Below, in pieces: positions 12,991 to 27,400 of a stretch of DNA of 64,000 nucleotides. The stretch lies in the NCBI RefSeq assembly GCF_009914755.1, contig NC_060930.1. The stretch is one strand, 5' to 3'. The notes under the pieces are model-generated. The model worked only from the letters and a program-made list of their open reading frames with translations. It searched no databases and had not been told where the DNA came from. How positions within the stretch are numbered: the stretch's first letter is position 1; every line of letters starts with the position of its first letter. The position numbers and the translations under genes are program-made. This DNA comes from the human T2T-CHM13v2.0 reference genome, Homo sapiens.

Positions 12991-14634
12991 GAGAGCGACT
13001 ACTGAGGCTTTCAAACTGTAATGGTGATCTTAGCGATTTATTGTTAAATGTGAGAAACTTGCGTGATTGTGAAGATCTATAAAGAATTAGAAGAGGCTGG
13101 TAAGAATGCCTGAGATTTTTATAAACTGAAATGCTGAAACATTTTCATGATGAGAACAGCCTTGCTCTCCTAGATTTCACAGTTAAAAATTATTTAATAG
13201 GCTGTAAGTCCCTTTTATGTGTCCAAAGACAACACTTAATCAAGAAAATTAATCTCATGAGTTTTTTTGTGGAAGTTTCAAATTGGATCTCTTTTAAAAA
13301 TGATTTCAGCCAATATAAACAAGTTTAGTAGAATTTTCTATTCTTTTCCCCTACAAACTTAATCCCAGACATCCTTTCTTGAAAAACACACTTAGATAAC
13401 AAGAAAAGGAAAAAGTATGTGAATTCTTTTAAATGGTGTTTTCCTTTATTTCTGGCATGATTGATTTTAACCCTAAAATTGAAGAGAACTAAAGGTGAAG
13501 AGGTCGAAACCAAGATTTTTCAGTGTGATGTAGTGACTTGACCTCCTTTCTCAAAATAGATGTAGAGCCTCCAAGTAAGATTCGGGTGAGAAACACACTT
13601 ACAAAAGTGAAAAATTAACTACCCAATATGATACCTGCTCTAAAGTAAAGAGAAACCATTGTTTTTATTAGTTAAAAACAAGGGTGGAGTTCTTACCAAT
13701 CAATAGTCAGAATAAGGGTCAGAGATTTACAGCCTTCAAGCATCTTTAAACACACTGAGGCAAATATGAGCTTTGTGGGCAGTTTGTTAATCAAGCTTTG
13801 TCATTTGGCTTTGTGTACTTTAGCTTATTAATGCTTTACACATGACCTCTATGAAAAAATAAAACTTTTCATGTTTTTTCATATAATATTTTTATATTAA
13901 AAATGGCAACATTTCTTGCCTGTGAATTTCAGGGGTAATATATTTGTACTATCTGCTACCCCTACCTGCCACACACATGCCGTTTTCCACGCGTTTCTTA
14001 TTGTCTGGACCCCTGTACAATGTATTGTGCCCATTTTGACTTTCTACTCCCCAAAGGAAGACTCACCTAGAAGATGTGCCTGAAGGTGACACCTGATGTC
14101 AGCATTTTTACAGGAAGCGGGATATTCAGTTGTCTGGGGAATTTGAGACACTTGGACATCAAGCCAGCAGAACAAAGTCTTCCGGGGGAATATTGAACCT
14201 CGGATGAAAGATAACCCCTTAGCATATCAGTGGTTCTCTTACATACTGATGTTCCCCAGGGAGTATATGGGAACAGTGGCCAAGAACTAACTATTAATCC
14301 TAGAAACCAGAAAGAATTGCTTGTCTTTGGTCCATGCTTCAGTGCTAGATGGCTTGACCTAGTGAAAGTCCAGTATAGCTTTTCTTGGGCTCCTTGATTT
14401 GAGAGTCAGATGGGGGTGCAGCAGGCACTAAGATGTGTCAGGATGATGTAGGCAAGTCTCAAGCTTTCCCAGGAAAGACATCTCTTCAAGATTCCCGTAC
14501 TCATCTCTGTGTCATAGCACTGAAGTGGCTATTCAAGTTTCTATTAAAATATAATATTAAAATATAAAGACAGAATTAGCTAAAATATGAGTTTAAGGTA
14601 GAGACCAAATATGTATAATTTTAAAACTCTTACC

Positions 14635-14830
14635 ACAGAGTCAGATGGATCTGTGTTTTTAACCACATTATTTGTGTGATGATTTAGATAACTTCTCAGA
14701 GAACCATTTTTCTCATCTGTAAAATGGGTTTAATAATAGTACTTATCAAAGAAGGTTTTTGTGAGAATTAATTAAGCCATATAGCATGATGGTTCTTGAC
14801 ACGTTGTACAGGCTCAATAAATAGCAATGG
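14635..14830 (+). mobile_element. MIR
   Basis: Core ttctcatctgtaaaatggg..taataatagtac, ending gctcaataaat. Confidence 0.8.
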
Positions 14831-15499
14831 TTGCTAATTATCATTATTCTTCTTCAAATCCCATGAAATCAGTAGCAGTAGTAAAAGCAATGCAGACCGT
14901 TCTTTTATGTCTTTATGTGTAACATGAACTGCTCTATTGCTAGAGTTGTCTAGTAAGATAACGTAGGCCAGTGCCAATTAAATAAGAATTTATTATGTAA
15001 AAGTAAAGGGAAAAAAGCAAAATGTAGTAAATCATTAACTACTCCAATGTGGTTTCATAGAGGTGATACTCATGGGGTAACAATATGGTCTGAATTGTTA
15101 GATATGAAAATAAGATTACAAGCAATATTTTAAAACAATTTGTTTTTATACATATATTACTGGTTTCATACAATCATACAAATTCTTTCTCTATTAATCA
15201 GTAATTCTACAGGAGAATTGTCAATGTTTATTTCAGTCTAATTGTATTTGTTTTCACAGACCTGCAATAAAGTCATAAAAACATGAAATTTGTCCGTGAA
15301 AATTTCTATTATAAAAAAGTATTTTTCATGGATTAATTTTTCTTCCTTAAAAGTCATTTAAATTAATAGTTCTACAAGCACATGTGATTAAATTTATAAC
15401 AAAAAATTATTAATGAATTGGACATTTCTAATGTCTTCATAACTGCTTAGGGACAAGGTGCTTTCTGATCTCTTCCTTATTATTATAAGGAAGACCTTC

Positions 15500-15990
15500 A
15501 CGCTAGTCAAAAGGCCAGTCTCCCAGGCCACTAAGCTGTACATCCAACTGTCAATTGAAAATCTCCCCCAAAATGTCCCCCAGGCCCGTGAAGTTCGGTG
15601 TGTACAGACTTGGAGCCATTTGCTTCATTCTTGTTGTATTCTGACCATGTATTTATCTCCTTGTTATAGTGCCACAAAAGCCAGAAACCTGGGAATTATC
15701 CTAAATGCTCCCTCATTGCCCCCTCTTCTGGTCAGTCTTTTCCTTCTAATTATCTTCTTGAGCCCTCTCATTCTCTTTATCTTCGTGTACAACCCAGTGC
15801 AAACTCTTCTTGTCAGGACTGTGATATTAGCCCAATTCAATCAGTTTCTCCATCGTATCTGGAGAGATCTTTCTTAAATACAAACTACACCTCTGCTCAA
15901 GATTCCTCACCTGCTTCTCTTTGACCTCGGAACGAGGCCCACTCTCGTCTGTATGAGTCTAAGGTTTTTTCACTTTTCCTGCCTAGAGCT
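15500..15990 (+). mobile_element. L2 fragment (a further piece at ~16430-16670)
   Basis: catccaactg...aagccagaaacctgggaattatcct...cctctgctcaagattcc. Confidence 0.6.
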
Positions 15991-17129
15991 AGTATTGATC
16001 ATTATAATGTATACACTTTTGAGGACTTCATCTGCAATTGGAAGGCTTATAGAATTTTTAGATGGCAAAAATAATCACCGTAGGTACTGGGATTTCCTTT
16101 GTGTTTTGTTGTCAGAGTAGAAAGTGTAGGAATATAATGATAAAGGATCAATAGAGATGAAATTGCTTATAAAAATCAATAGCTTTAATGGCTTTAAATA
16201 TTTCAGGACATTAGCATTTGACACAAACAACGTTGAAAGAAACCTTATTTAATGGACGTTTCTGGCTCAATTCTCAGTCTCTTTAATTTGTGACAAAGTG
16301 ATATTGAAAAGCTGAGGAAATACCTTGATAGACCCCCATGACATAAAGGCATATCGAGACTTAATTGAGGCAAAGGCTGAGATAAGAAAATTAATACACA
16401 GGAATTTAATAAACTCTCTCTTCTGCCCCTCTTGTGCTTGGCTGATTTTTTAATCTTCCAGTATAGGTGTCTTGTTCCCAAAGAAGTCTCTCCTGAAACT
16501 CTAAACTCCAGGTTAGTGTTCCTCCCATAAGCTCCCATTAGGTCCTTCCCCAATATGGCACTTATGCTATGTTATTTTTCTGTATCCTGAACTAGACTAT
16601 ATACTCTGGGATGGCTGAGGCAATTTTCAGGTTTATTGATATAATCCTGCAATAAATACATGATTAATTAAAATTGCAAGAAAACACCATTAAACTCAGA
16701 ATAAGAGTAGTCACCTTTGGGTTCATCACTCAAGATGCTGTGCACCAAATAACATCTTGAGGCCAGAGACAGTCTAGACAACAATCATTGTCATCTAATG
16801 GGACTAGAATTGCACAACACAAAGTATAGAAACTTAACGGAGGCTGGACTTGCCATGGCATAATTACCAATCTAAAAACTCCTTGGGGAAGAAAGTTGTG
16901 TTATATATGCACATAAATTTTGTCTACTTACTTTTTGTCTTTAGATTTGATTTTATTTTGAATCAACGGCAGGGTTGAAACACAAGGGGGTTCTAAGAAC
17001 TAATGTCTAGTTATTTATTTTCATAGACTACGCTCTCAGCAAATATTGATTAATGCAGTAATTGATTGATTGATTGATTGGGGAGAACTGGAAGATGCCT
17101 TTGTAAGTCACGAAACCCAAGTGTACATC

Positions 17130-17720
17130 CTAAATAAATGATTGTACTTTTGCTCAAGGAGACAGATGATAGGATGTTCACTGTAGCATTATTTCTCAAA
17201 GCAAAAAATTAGAACATCTTAAATGACCATCAACGGATGGATTTTCAAAATGAGTAAGTGTTCATCCAATGGAATACTATACTTGAGGCAAAATTAATGA
17301 AATCTCTACATATTAGGAATAAATTTTGAAAAGATCATGTTGAGTGGAAGTCAAGTTCAAAAGATTAAAGTCCAGTATTTATATAAATTTAAAAATAAAA
17401 CCATAAAATAAAACTATTGTTTATAAACATACATATGTGATGAAAATATAAATATGTGATTGGGAGGTATGTATAGTTATATGTATTATTTTCAGTACAT
17501 GATTACCTTTGGGAAAGGAGGCAGGGGGATGAGATTGGATGAGGGTCCATTTGTATGTGAAAGACTTGGTTTCATTTTTAAAAAGATGCAAAGCAAATAT
17601 AACAAAATGTTACATACTTGTTCAAGTACAATGATGGATACATTGATATCTATTATATTTTTCTGTGTACTTTTGGTAACTTAAAATATTTCATAATGAT
17701 TTATTAAGGTAAAATAAAAA
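17130..17720 (+). mobile_element. Old L1 (L1ME-like) 3' end
   Basis: ggatgttcactgtagcattattt...aaatgaccatcaac...atggaatactat...aatatttcataat. Confidence 0.7.
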
Positions 17721-17949
17721 TAAGCCATAAGAAAAGAGATCCTATTCAGTTTCAAAAATTCAAACATAATTTACCCATTGATATTAGTTGAACAGTACAG
17801 CAGTAAGTGGAGTAAAATATATGCTATTGAAGTTAAGGGGTTATTTAAGTCTCATTAGCAAACGTTTATATCTCCAGGGAGGCTAATTAGTCAGTAATAA
17901 ATGTTTTGTTAGAGAAGATGGAGAAGACTGTTTTTCCTTTGACAAAATA

Positions 17950-18280
17950 CATATTTTTTCTAACTATAATACAAAAGCAAAAGATGCTCAGAAATGCATA
18001 AACTGACCTCTCATAAGTAAAAACTATAAAACATAATTTTACACACATACACATATAAGCCTATGTGCACATATGATTTAACAACATGATTCTATGCATA
18101 TTGGTTTACACTTATGTATTATATGTGAACCTTTTTTTCTATATTAACTAGCTTCCTTCGACAGAAAATTTTGGTAGCTGTGTAGAGTTTCTAAATACGG
18201 ATATTTATAACTTACTTAACCAATTCCCTACTGTTGGATATTTAAGTGGTTTCTAGACTTAAAAATATATAAATGTAGTG
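17950..18280 (-). mobile_element. Old L1 (L1ME-like) fragment
   Basis: ttaaccaattccctactgttggatatttaagtggtttc. Confidence 0.5.
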
Positions 18281-19839
18281 ATTTCCTGGTTCATTGGAAA
18301 TAATATGGTTTAGAAGATCCTTCAATCCCCACATTTTATTTATTGAGCCCCAACATATAAATACACAGAGTTGATTTTTTTTAACATAAGGAGTCATCCA
18401 GGTGATGAGCTAAATTTTTTATGTATTTTCAGCATGTCTTATGTCCAGGAGACAAAACCACTATAACACCCTGGCCACCTATTAGCATGTCTGGAAGTTG
18501 GCATCCCTAGGGTAGGACTACATCCCCACAGTGATTTTTATCTGCCTACTTTGGAGATAGGGAAAAGGGTTGCCACACTAAAACTGTTCAAAGTGAAATT
18601 CTTAGGGGATAATTAAATTGTTTAAATATTCTTAAATGGGAATTCTTTCCAAAATATTAATAATATTGATCAATGGATGTATTCCTCTAGTCCTCACAAC
18701 TCTATTAATATATTTCTATTCATGATGAATGTCAGAAGAACCTGCTTTTTGATAGTTTTAGGGTAGACATAGCAAAATAACCTTGTTGGCCTAAATGCGC
18801 CGCCCCCCTCTCCAAAAAAAGACCTTTTGAAAGATGAACATCCATTTGCACTCAAATTAACTGTGGGCATATCTTTGGAGACAGGCAGATGTGTGAGAAT
18901 ATGGCAACAGTCTAGGTAAGAGATGATGAACACAATGCACAATGGAGAACATGAGCAAGTAAAATTTAAGTGAGGGGAAATAGCATTAAGCAACCATGCT
19001 TAGTGAAATTCAGGCACTATGGAGGTCGTGATTTGATCCACTATCAAGGGCAATGTCACAATTCATTATTTCAAGTTCAGTTAATATTGATGAGGTATAA
19101 ACACATGGCTTCCTCCCTTGAAATTATTTCTCCATGTAAACACACCTCTCAATAGCCTAGCAACTTGTCTGCCTTCTGCTTTCAAAGCTAGATTTATCAT
19201 GCATTCCCTTAGATAAAAGGAATGGTTCAGACACATCTTCAACATCCCTTCCCAAGGTATAAAATCCAAATTTCTGCTCACGGTCAGTGCAAATAACCTC
19301 CAACAAGCAAATACTTTTCTGTTATATTAAGGAGAAAACCTACAGAAAAACCAACTTGAACTGGTTTTTCTGAGGCAGGTCTTGTGTTTGTGTTTGTTGG
19401 TGAAGTACAAATAACTCACGGGAGGAAACCCTATGCGACACATAAAATCTGTATGTATTACCTGGAATCCCTTAGGCTATTATAATTTTTATAATAGGTG
19501 AAGATGATACTGCAATACTGCAGGTAAAAGATGGTTAAGGCTTCAACTCTTGTGATGAATTTGATAGGTTTAAAATACTTAATAATTGAATGCTGGGGAG
19601 GGAAATGGTAGTAAGAGAGACAGGAGAGAAAAGAGCTGATCTGGAGACTAGGTATGTGGTGAGGCCGATAATTGAGTAAGAACTATAGGAAGTGTAGTCC
19701 TTCTGTCGGAGACATTCTGGTGAAGAGCGACGAGAGACATGATGATTTCACACAGTTTTGTGGTTTCTTTGAGGTCATGCCTGGACTGGCTTATTTCCAG
19801 TCTGGAACTCAGGGGAACTATAAAGGTTGAAAGTATGCA

Positions 19840-20450
19840 CTTGATGGTCATTAAGATAAGGTGTTAGTTAAAACTGTAAGTAGTAAAGTTCTTTGCCTAG
19901 GGAGAGTACATAGACTGGCCAGAGCGGTGAACCAAAAGAAGATCCCTGAGAAACTTTTCTTTTTAAAGAGGAGACACAGAGAAGGCATCCTTATAGAGAC
20001 TGAGGGCCAGAACTGGGAGAAGAAAAAGAGGACAGTTATAACTTGAAGTCAAGGATGTGGAGAGTTTCAAAAATATGTGCTTGTCAATAGTGGTAAACAA
20101 AACATAGATGCTCCATAAAAAGTTTGAAAAATATCTATTAGGCTTGTCAATATAAAGATTGATGGGCTTTGCTAGGGCAGTTTGAGCAAAAGCCTGTTTG
20201 TATGAGTTTAGATTACTCAATCCAAATGTATGCAAATTTAAATGTAAATAGGAAGTGAGAAAAGGTAGACAAATGAGTATAGAACACTCGTTAAAAACTT
20301 TTTCTGAACTTCTTGCACTTGAGAACATGGGCTACAGGGTTAAGAGAGGGATGTTTTATTTTGTTTTTTGACTGGAAGAAATTTAAGCATGCTTATGAAC
20401 TACAGAGAAACAACTGGCAGAGGAAGGCATTGAAGGTATAAGAGAGACAG
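19840..20450 (-). mobile_element. L2 fragment (another piece at ~18870-18940)
   Basis: Purine-rich degraded antisense L2 (gtcaatagtggtaaa...gatgggctttgctagggcagttt). Confidence 0.5.
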
Positions 20451-23400
20451 AGGTAGTGGATGGGGTGGCAGACAGGAAGCAGTATCCTTGGTTGCATCAG
20501 CAGGACTTGCTAATATTTTTCTTCTCACTGCCTTCCCATGCACTCTCTATTCACATGCTATTCACCATCTATTCCATCAGATTCCTTGGTAGCATCTGCA
20601 ACATTACTTATCCATTTATGAGCATTATTCTTCCAAGCCCTCCCTCAAAATCCTTGAAGAAGAAAAATGGGATAGCCTTGGTGATTGGTGAGTGAAAGCA
20701 GAATCCACACCAGAAGTACTTCTCTATTTGGTTGTGTGCTTTTTAATTGCTATATCGGCAATCAAGTGACCTAATCAGTTGTGTATCCCCCCTAATGATT
20801 TGGTATTCCTTGTCCAAAAGCAAGCCCTGTTATTAAAGTGAAACAGCCACAAAAATCTTCATAAGGTGGAGACTTCTACAAAATTCAAGTTATGCACACA
20901 TCTCATAAAACTTTCTGACTGCCTGCATTGAATTAGGGTAGGATTAAGGCCACTGTACTATACACATGTATACAGAGAACACACAAAGATATATTACTTT
21001 TCTGGTGAAGCAGGAAGTTCTGATACAGCAATAAGGCACAGACACATTTAGGCTAGTCTAAAGGTAGATCTTACATTTTTGGCTTTTTAATTACCTAGTG
21101 AAATGCACAGTAGATACGCTTCCTCCATTGCTAACCCCCAGCCCACTTCTCAGATTCACTCATATACCCCCAGGAGTAACCTGGAGGACTGAGTGAGGTT
21201 TAGAAATGCATGAAGGTGTCCAGCTATTACATGATCATTTTTATAAGCTGAAAGTTTAGTGCTTTGTCATTTTAATTTCATTAATGTATGTGAAATTTAA
21301 AATGGTCACAATGTGAAAATTGCATGAAAGCAGCCTTGTCAGAAGGACACGTGACTTCCTTAGATTACTCAGTTCTAGCTTTTCCTCATTCTTCAAATAA
21401 TCATACTTTCTATCAATGACCATCTCCTTTTTTTTCTTTTCCCATCTTTGCCTCTTGAAGTTTATGGCTGATATGACAATTCTTTATCCTCTGCCCCTAC
21501 TCCATGGCCAACTATCACTACCTTTCAGCAGTCATTCTAGAAGCCTTTTCTGAAATGATCCATCAAAATACCAACCAACAAGTATTGCTAAGCACTAGGG
21601 ACTATTATTCTGAGGGGTGGGAACATAGTTTATAGAGCCAACAGTCACTAGCAGCTTTGCTTCATTTTATTTTCTGGCACTTTTCTGTACAGAGAACGCT
21701 ACTAACATTTAAAATCTGAGTTCTGAGCCTCAGAAACAGTGCAAAGAATGAGACATGGGCAAGAAAGGTGCTTGTACCATCAAAATGACCTGGAAGTTCA
21801 TTGTTGTTTATAGTTTTTCACATCAGAAACTTGGATCTGATGTATTAACATCATTTGAATGACTTCTATTTGAAAAATAGGATTCGTAGAGACGCTAAGA
21901 CACCATAAAAATTTTCTTCAAGTGCAGAAAGAAGCATATTAGTAGAGCAAACACCTATGGAAACCTGAAATGAATTTCCTCTCTTGTCATTTTTATTCAC
22001 AAATGAAGAACCTTTGTCCTGGAAACGATGATTAGCATATATCTACTGCAAAGTATATGTGCATGTTTTGGAGTTTCTTGGCATAAAATTGAGATTTGTG
22101 TCCTCTCTTAAAATTTAAAGAAGAAAAAGGAGAAATAAAATGACAAAAATAATGTAGTAGGACAAGAAAATAAAAAATAAAATAAGCAAACAAACAGCAA
22201 AAAGACACGCTATGGCTCTTTAGATGAAAAGAAATCAGCTAAGCACACATTTCCATTCACAGAATGGCAGTTTCTATACATGCATATTCAAAGCAACTTT
22301 AAATGTTCAGTTCCTATTGTAGCTACTCCATTTCTGTAGATTTTTTTTCTTGATGGTGGCACAGATGGACTCACAATTGGAGAGAATGTAAAAAGATTCT
22401 ATTTAGCAGGTGAACTAGGAAAGCTGACCTACCTTCCTCTGGCTTGGTTGATCATTACCTTTGATCAAATAAAAGACCACATGTTCCAGCTGCCCTTATG
22501 CCCTGCTTACTGCAGTGAGAGAAAGAAGGGAGAGAAAGACAGAAAAATAGAAAGAAGACTTAGACAAGATAGATATTATGTAAATTTGCATATCATCTGA
22601 AGGCAAGCATGTTTCATGTGTCCACATTCTTCATTAAAAAAACAATTAGATGAGTTGAAAACAGCTCACAATACATTTGTTTACCCTTACTGTAGAGTAA
22701 ATGATAATCTCTTGTAACAAATTCAAACGTCTAAAATTAAAAATGTCATGCAATATGTTCATAGAAAAAAAAATCTGGATGCTAAGATAGGCATAAGGAA
22801 GAAGAGAGTGAGGGGTGAAAAGAATGGATGTAGAAAGAGAGTCAGAGAACAATTATTCTTCATGACTTCATATTGAAACCTTGAGGATTCAGATATGCAG
22901 AGATCCATACAAGCACCTCTGCCATCTGGCCATGTGTAGTAATGATAGAATTCGTGGATTTCTTGATGTACTTTGTGACTTTGGAAAATGCTATGCTTTA
23001 AGGAGCATTAGATACTCAACAATATCTTCTTGTTTTCCATTTGAGCTTACTACAATTGGTAGATATTTGGATTTAGACAAGATATTACTAAAAGGGAACA
23101 TTCAAAAAATGAGGTTTTTGTTTTCCCAAAATGAATTTTAGAACTTAGTTCTCTTCTGAAACACACAGAAAGATACCTAAATGTGATAGAATATGAGGAG
23201 ACAGATAACAAATTAGAATACATATCACATTTTTCTTAAAAATACTGTATGTAGTTTTTTTTCTTGTTATAAGTATAAATAAGAATATGTTGAGAGGGGT
23301 AATTTGGTATCAAATTGTTGATGATGATTTTCCAGGGTGGGAAAATTACAGGGAACTTTCTGTGTAATGATTTCCTGTAATCATTAAATTTTGTTGACTA

Positions 23401-25259
23401 CTATTTTTAATTAGAAAAAAATCTAAAACATTTTGTCTTATAAGTTGTAGTAGGAGTTGGTAATTAAAGTATAATTACAGTGGCTATCCTAGTCAATGCT
23501 GGATAATTTGCTAGTGACTAGGGGCTAATCTGCATTTTCTGGAGAATTCTGCTACTGAATAGGCCCTCTGAACTTGATGGCCTGTTTGAACTTGATGAAT
23601 CACATTTGAGAACAGATCTAACCGAATACTTGCCTTGTTTTTAAGGAACTTCTTTGAATTATCCCATTTTATTGGTTTTACATCAAGCAGGAAATGATAG
23701 GCATATATTGAATGGTGACAGATATGCACTCAGTAAATTTAAGAGTTATTGTTGTAATTGGCCAAAGCAAAATGAAAGTCAAAATATAGTAGACTATTCG
23801 TACTTTTCCAAACCAGAATTAAAACCATAGCTGTTTAATTTGAACAAGAAAAGGGTTTTGGAGACTGTATCTAATGAAGGTAAATAAATAAACTTGGAAT
23901 GTGGGAAGCTCTCAAGTCTGAATGACAAAAGGAGTGTTTGGAATGATGAAAGGTCATGAGAAGCCTGAAGACAGCCCTAGAATGATGTCACTCTGAGTAT
24001 GAGATTGTCTGGGTCTCAAAGATAAGTATATCTTCTTTCAGTTTTTAAAGGAAAGTAAAGCTAAGTAAGAGATTTCATTTTATTCATTAACTTTAAGAGA
24101 CAAAGACTAAGATTTTCAAGTCGAAGCCTGAAAAAAATGTGACTGGACAGAGATGTCATTTTATTTGATGTTTCCAGGGCTGCTGAGACAGAGAGACTTG
24201 ACCAGTGTGCAGTGTCCCGATAGAAACATGAGGATAAAACTCAAAGTGTATTCTTCTGACATCAACAAAGTCATTTGCTGAATTCTGATAGTATAATTTC
24301 AAATTGTAAAGAGAAGAAGTTTGTACCTCATGGTAACCTGAAACCATATGTATCTAGTAGTAAAGATTACTTTAAGCTAAATTTGTTAAAATGGAATTTA
24401 ATGGCCATAGGTATTCACAAAAGTGAAATCAGAATCTCTTCCTAAGTCACAGGGATAACAAGATCAAAATGTGTTTTTAAGATTTGTATCGCATCCTTGA
24501 AAGTTAACAGTGTGATTATATTATTGCTGCTCACTTTCAAAAGCTGAAAGTGTTCTGGGGGAAAGTGAATATTTGGCTGCTGCAATGCATCATTAGTCTC
24601 TCCAGCTACACCTAAAAAAATGAATCAATAAGACTTTCACATCATATACAATTGTTACTTAGCTGTTGCTGATAAATTTCGTCTTTCTCAGGGAGATTTT
24701 GTAACTTGGATAAATAGATGCCTGTCATTCATTCCACAGTTGCCTCATTTCTGTGACTTCTTGAAAGAAGCATATCCCATGTATACACTGAGATAACTTT
24801 CAGTGTATACATGGCTAGATGATAGCATTTCTTTAGCATGGTATTGTCTGTAATCTGCTGTCTCCATGAAGAGCATCTGCAACTGGCTTTGTCAAACAGT
24901 CAGACTGACATCAAAGCTGGGGCCTTTGTGAGCCAGCAGACTGGCAAGATGAGCACAGCCAGAGGAGAACAATCGGTCGCTGAGGCACAGATGATGGGTT
25001 CCCGTGCTTTCTCTCACATCTGATTTACTTCATCTTATCAATGCTGATAAGAGCAAGAAAACTATCTGAACTGGACAAAGGCAAATAATAGAATATTATT
25101 AATGCATTCACATAAACATCTAAAAGAATACTTAGAACTTTGTGAGCAATATCAGGTTGATCTTTTAACTATGAATTGTGTTGGCCACAGTTTTTCCTCT
25201 TGAGGGATTTTAAGACTTTTCCACCTCCCATGTCACTGATTATGGAATGTGAAGTAGGA

Positions 25260-25397
25260 TTTTTAAAATTATTATTTTAGTAGAGTCGGGGTCTTACTAT
25301 GTTACTCAAGCTGGTCTTGAACTCCTGGACTCAAGCAACCTTCTTGACTTAGCCTTCCCAGTAGCTAGGATTACAGGCATGAGCCACAGCACCCAGC
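25260..25397 (-). mobile_element. FLAM / Alu monomer
   Basis: gtagagtcggggtcttactatgtt...ggactcaagcaa...gattacaggcatgagccac. Confidence 0.88.
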
Positions 25398-25997
25398 AGA
25401 ATTCTTTATTGTATAGAATGCGTAGGCAGTGAATAGGAATACCTACATTGCCAAAATAATTTTCATTTCTTTGGAATTCTTTTTCTCATGTTAGCTTTAG
25501 TTCCTTTTCAAACCTACATATTTTACATTTTTCATGATTTTCTATAAATTTGCTATCAATTAGGATAGTTATATATCCTAATTTGCCCCTAATTTGTGAG
25601 TTTATATGATGCTTTTTATACAGAATTTTTATAAACACTTATAAATGCATTGTATTAAAAATAAAATTATATATATATAGTTTTCTTAAACATAAATAGG
25701 ACAAAATTTTATGAAGTTTTTGTTTGTCTTTTCATATCAATTTAATAAGAACCACTGCATACATATTCTGTCACATCCATGGTTTCAGGATAACATACAT
25801 CACTGATGCAACTCAACTGCATGCATACATTTTTAGTAATTTGTATGTGCCCAGCAGTGTGCTTTTAAAGGTAAATTACTCCTCATCTTCCATCACAGGA
25901 TAAAAGTGATTGTTTACCTATTGGTTTCCCGGCATAAACATGGTTTTAATAATAGTTTCTATTAATATGGTCATAGTAACTCCATAAAAAAAAATAA

Positions 25998-26414
<417 letters not shown>

Positions 26415-26489
26415 TAACATCAATTAGCAACTCTCATCTCTTGAATTCCAATATACAATAAGCAGTCATCACATATTATAGCACTCTTT

Positions 26490-26720
26490 TAATAAATAAT
26501 ACATCTACATGTGTCTGCTATGTGCCAGGCACTGTGCTAAGTGTGTTATACACATGACTTGAGTAAACCTTCCCATCAGCCTTATGAGGTAAGTGCTATT
26601 GCTATCTCCATTTTACAGATGACAAAACTGTGTACGGAAGACAGGCAGTTTTCCCCAGACTCTATAGCTAGTAGGTAGTGGAAGCTAGAAGTTAAAGCTA
26701 GGCACCTTGAATAAAGGTTT
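26490..26720 (-). mobile_element. MIR
   Basis: tatgtgccaggcactgtgctaag...ccattttacagatgacaaaactg. Confidence 0.82.
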
Positions 26721-27194
26721 CATTCTGAGCTGTGACAATTCTGCCTTAGATGGACACTGTGGTCTCTCTACTCCTCACTCCCATCACATCCCTATCCAAG
26801 ATTTATGGTCAGTTATTGTTGGCTTGGCACGAGCTATTTCAGAGGAATCTCTCAATTTCACCTTTTGCTCAAAGTCTTCAAATTATTTTTTAAAAAGGGA
26901 AGGAAGGAAGAAGGAAAACACAGAAAGAAAGAAAGAGAAAGGAAGAAAGGAAAAGTCTTAACTAATAATGAATTCTGTGATAGCTGGCAATTATTTCCCA
27001 GTTTTTTTTCCTCTCCCTGAATAGACATAATATGACAGATGTCAGCCAAAGAGAATGAGGAAGTTGATTTAAGTCCACTATTAAACCACATATTCACTTA
27101 TTTTTTATTGAGGAACTACATTGGATTTAAAGGTAAAATGCCTCAAGAATTTGTTTTCAGATAGAGCAACTGATTGTAATAGAAGTAAAAATTT

Positions 27195-27400
27195 TATTAT
27201 ACTTCTTAACTGTACCAGGTACTTTAATACATTATCTCATAAAGACCACACAGCAACCCTGTTATGGAAGTAATTTTATTTTCACTACCTTATAGATGAC
27301 GGGACCCCAGCTTATGAAGATTAAGTGACTCCCCCAAGTCCATGAACTAAAAAGTGGCAGGGCCATGACTTGGGCCCTGGTATGACTCCAAAGTTTATAT
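27195..27400 (-). mobile_element. MIR
   Basis: cacagcaaccctg...tatagatga...gattaagtgact.ccccaagtc. Confidence 0.7.
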
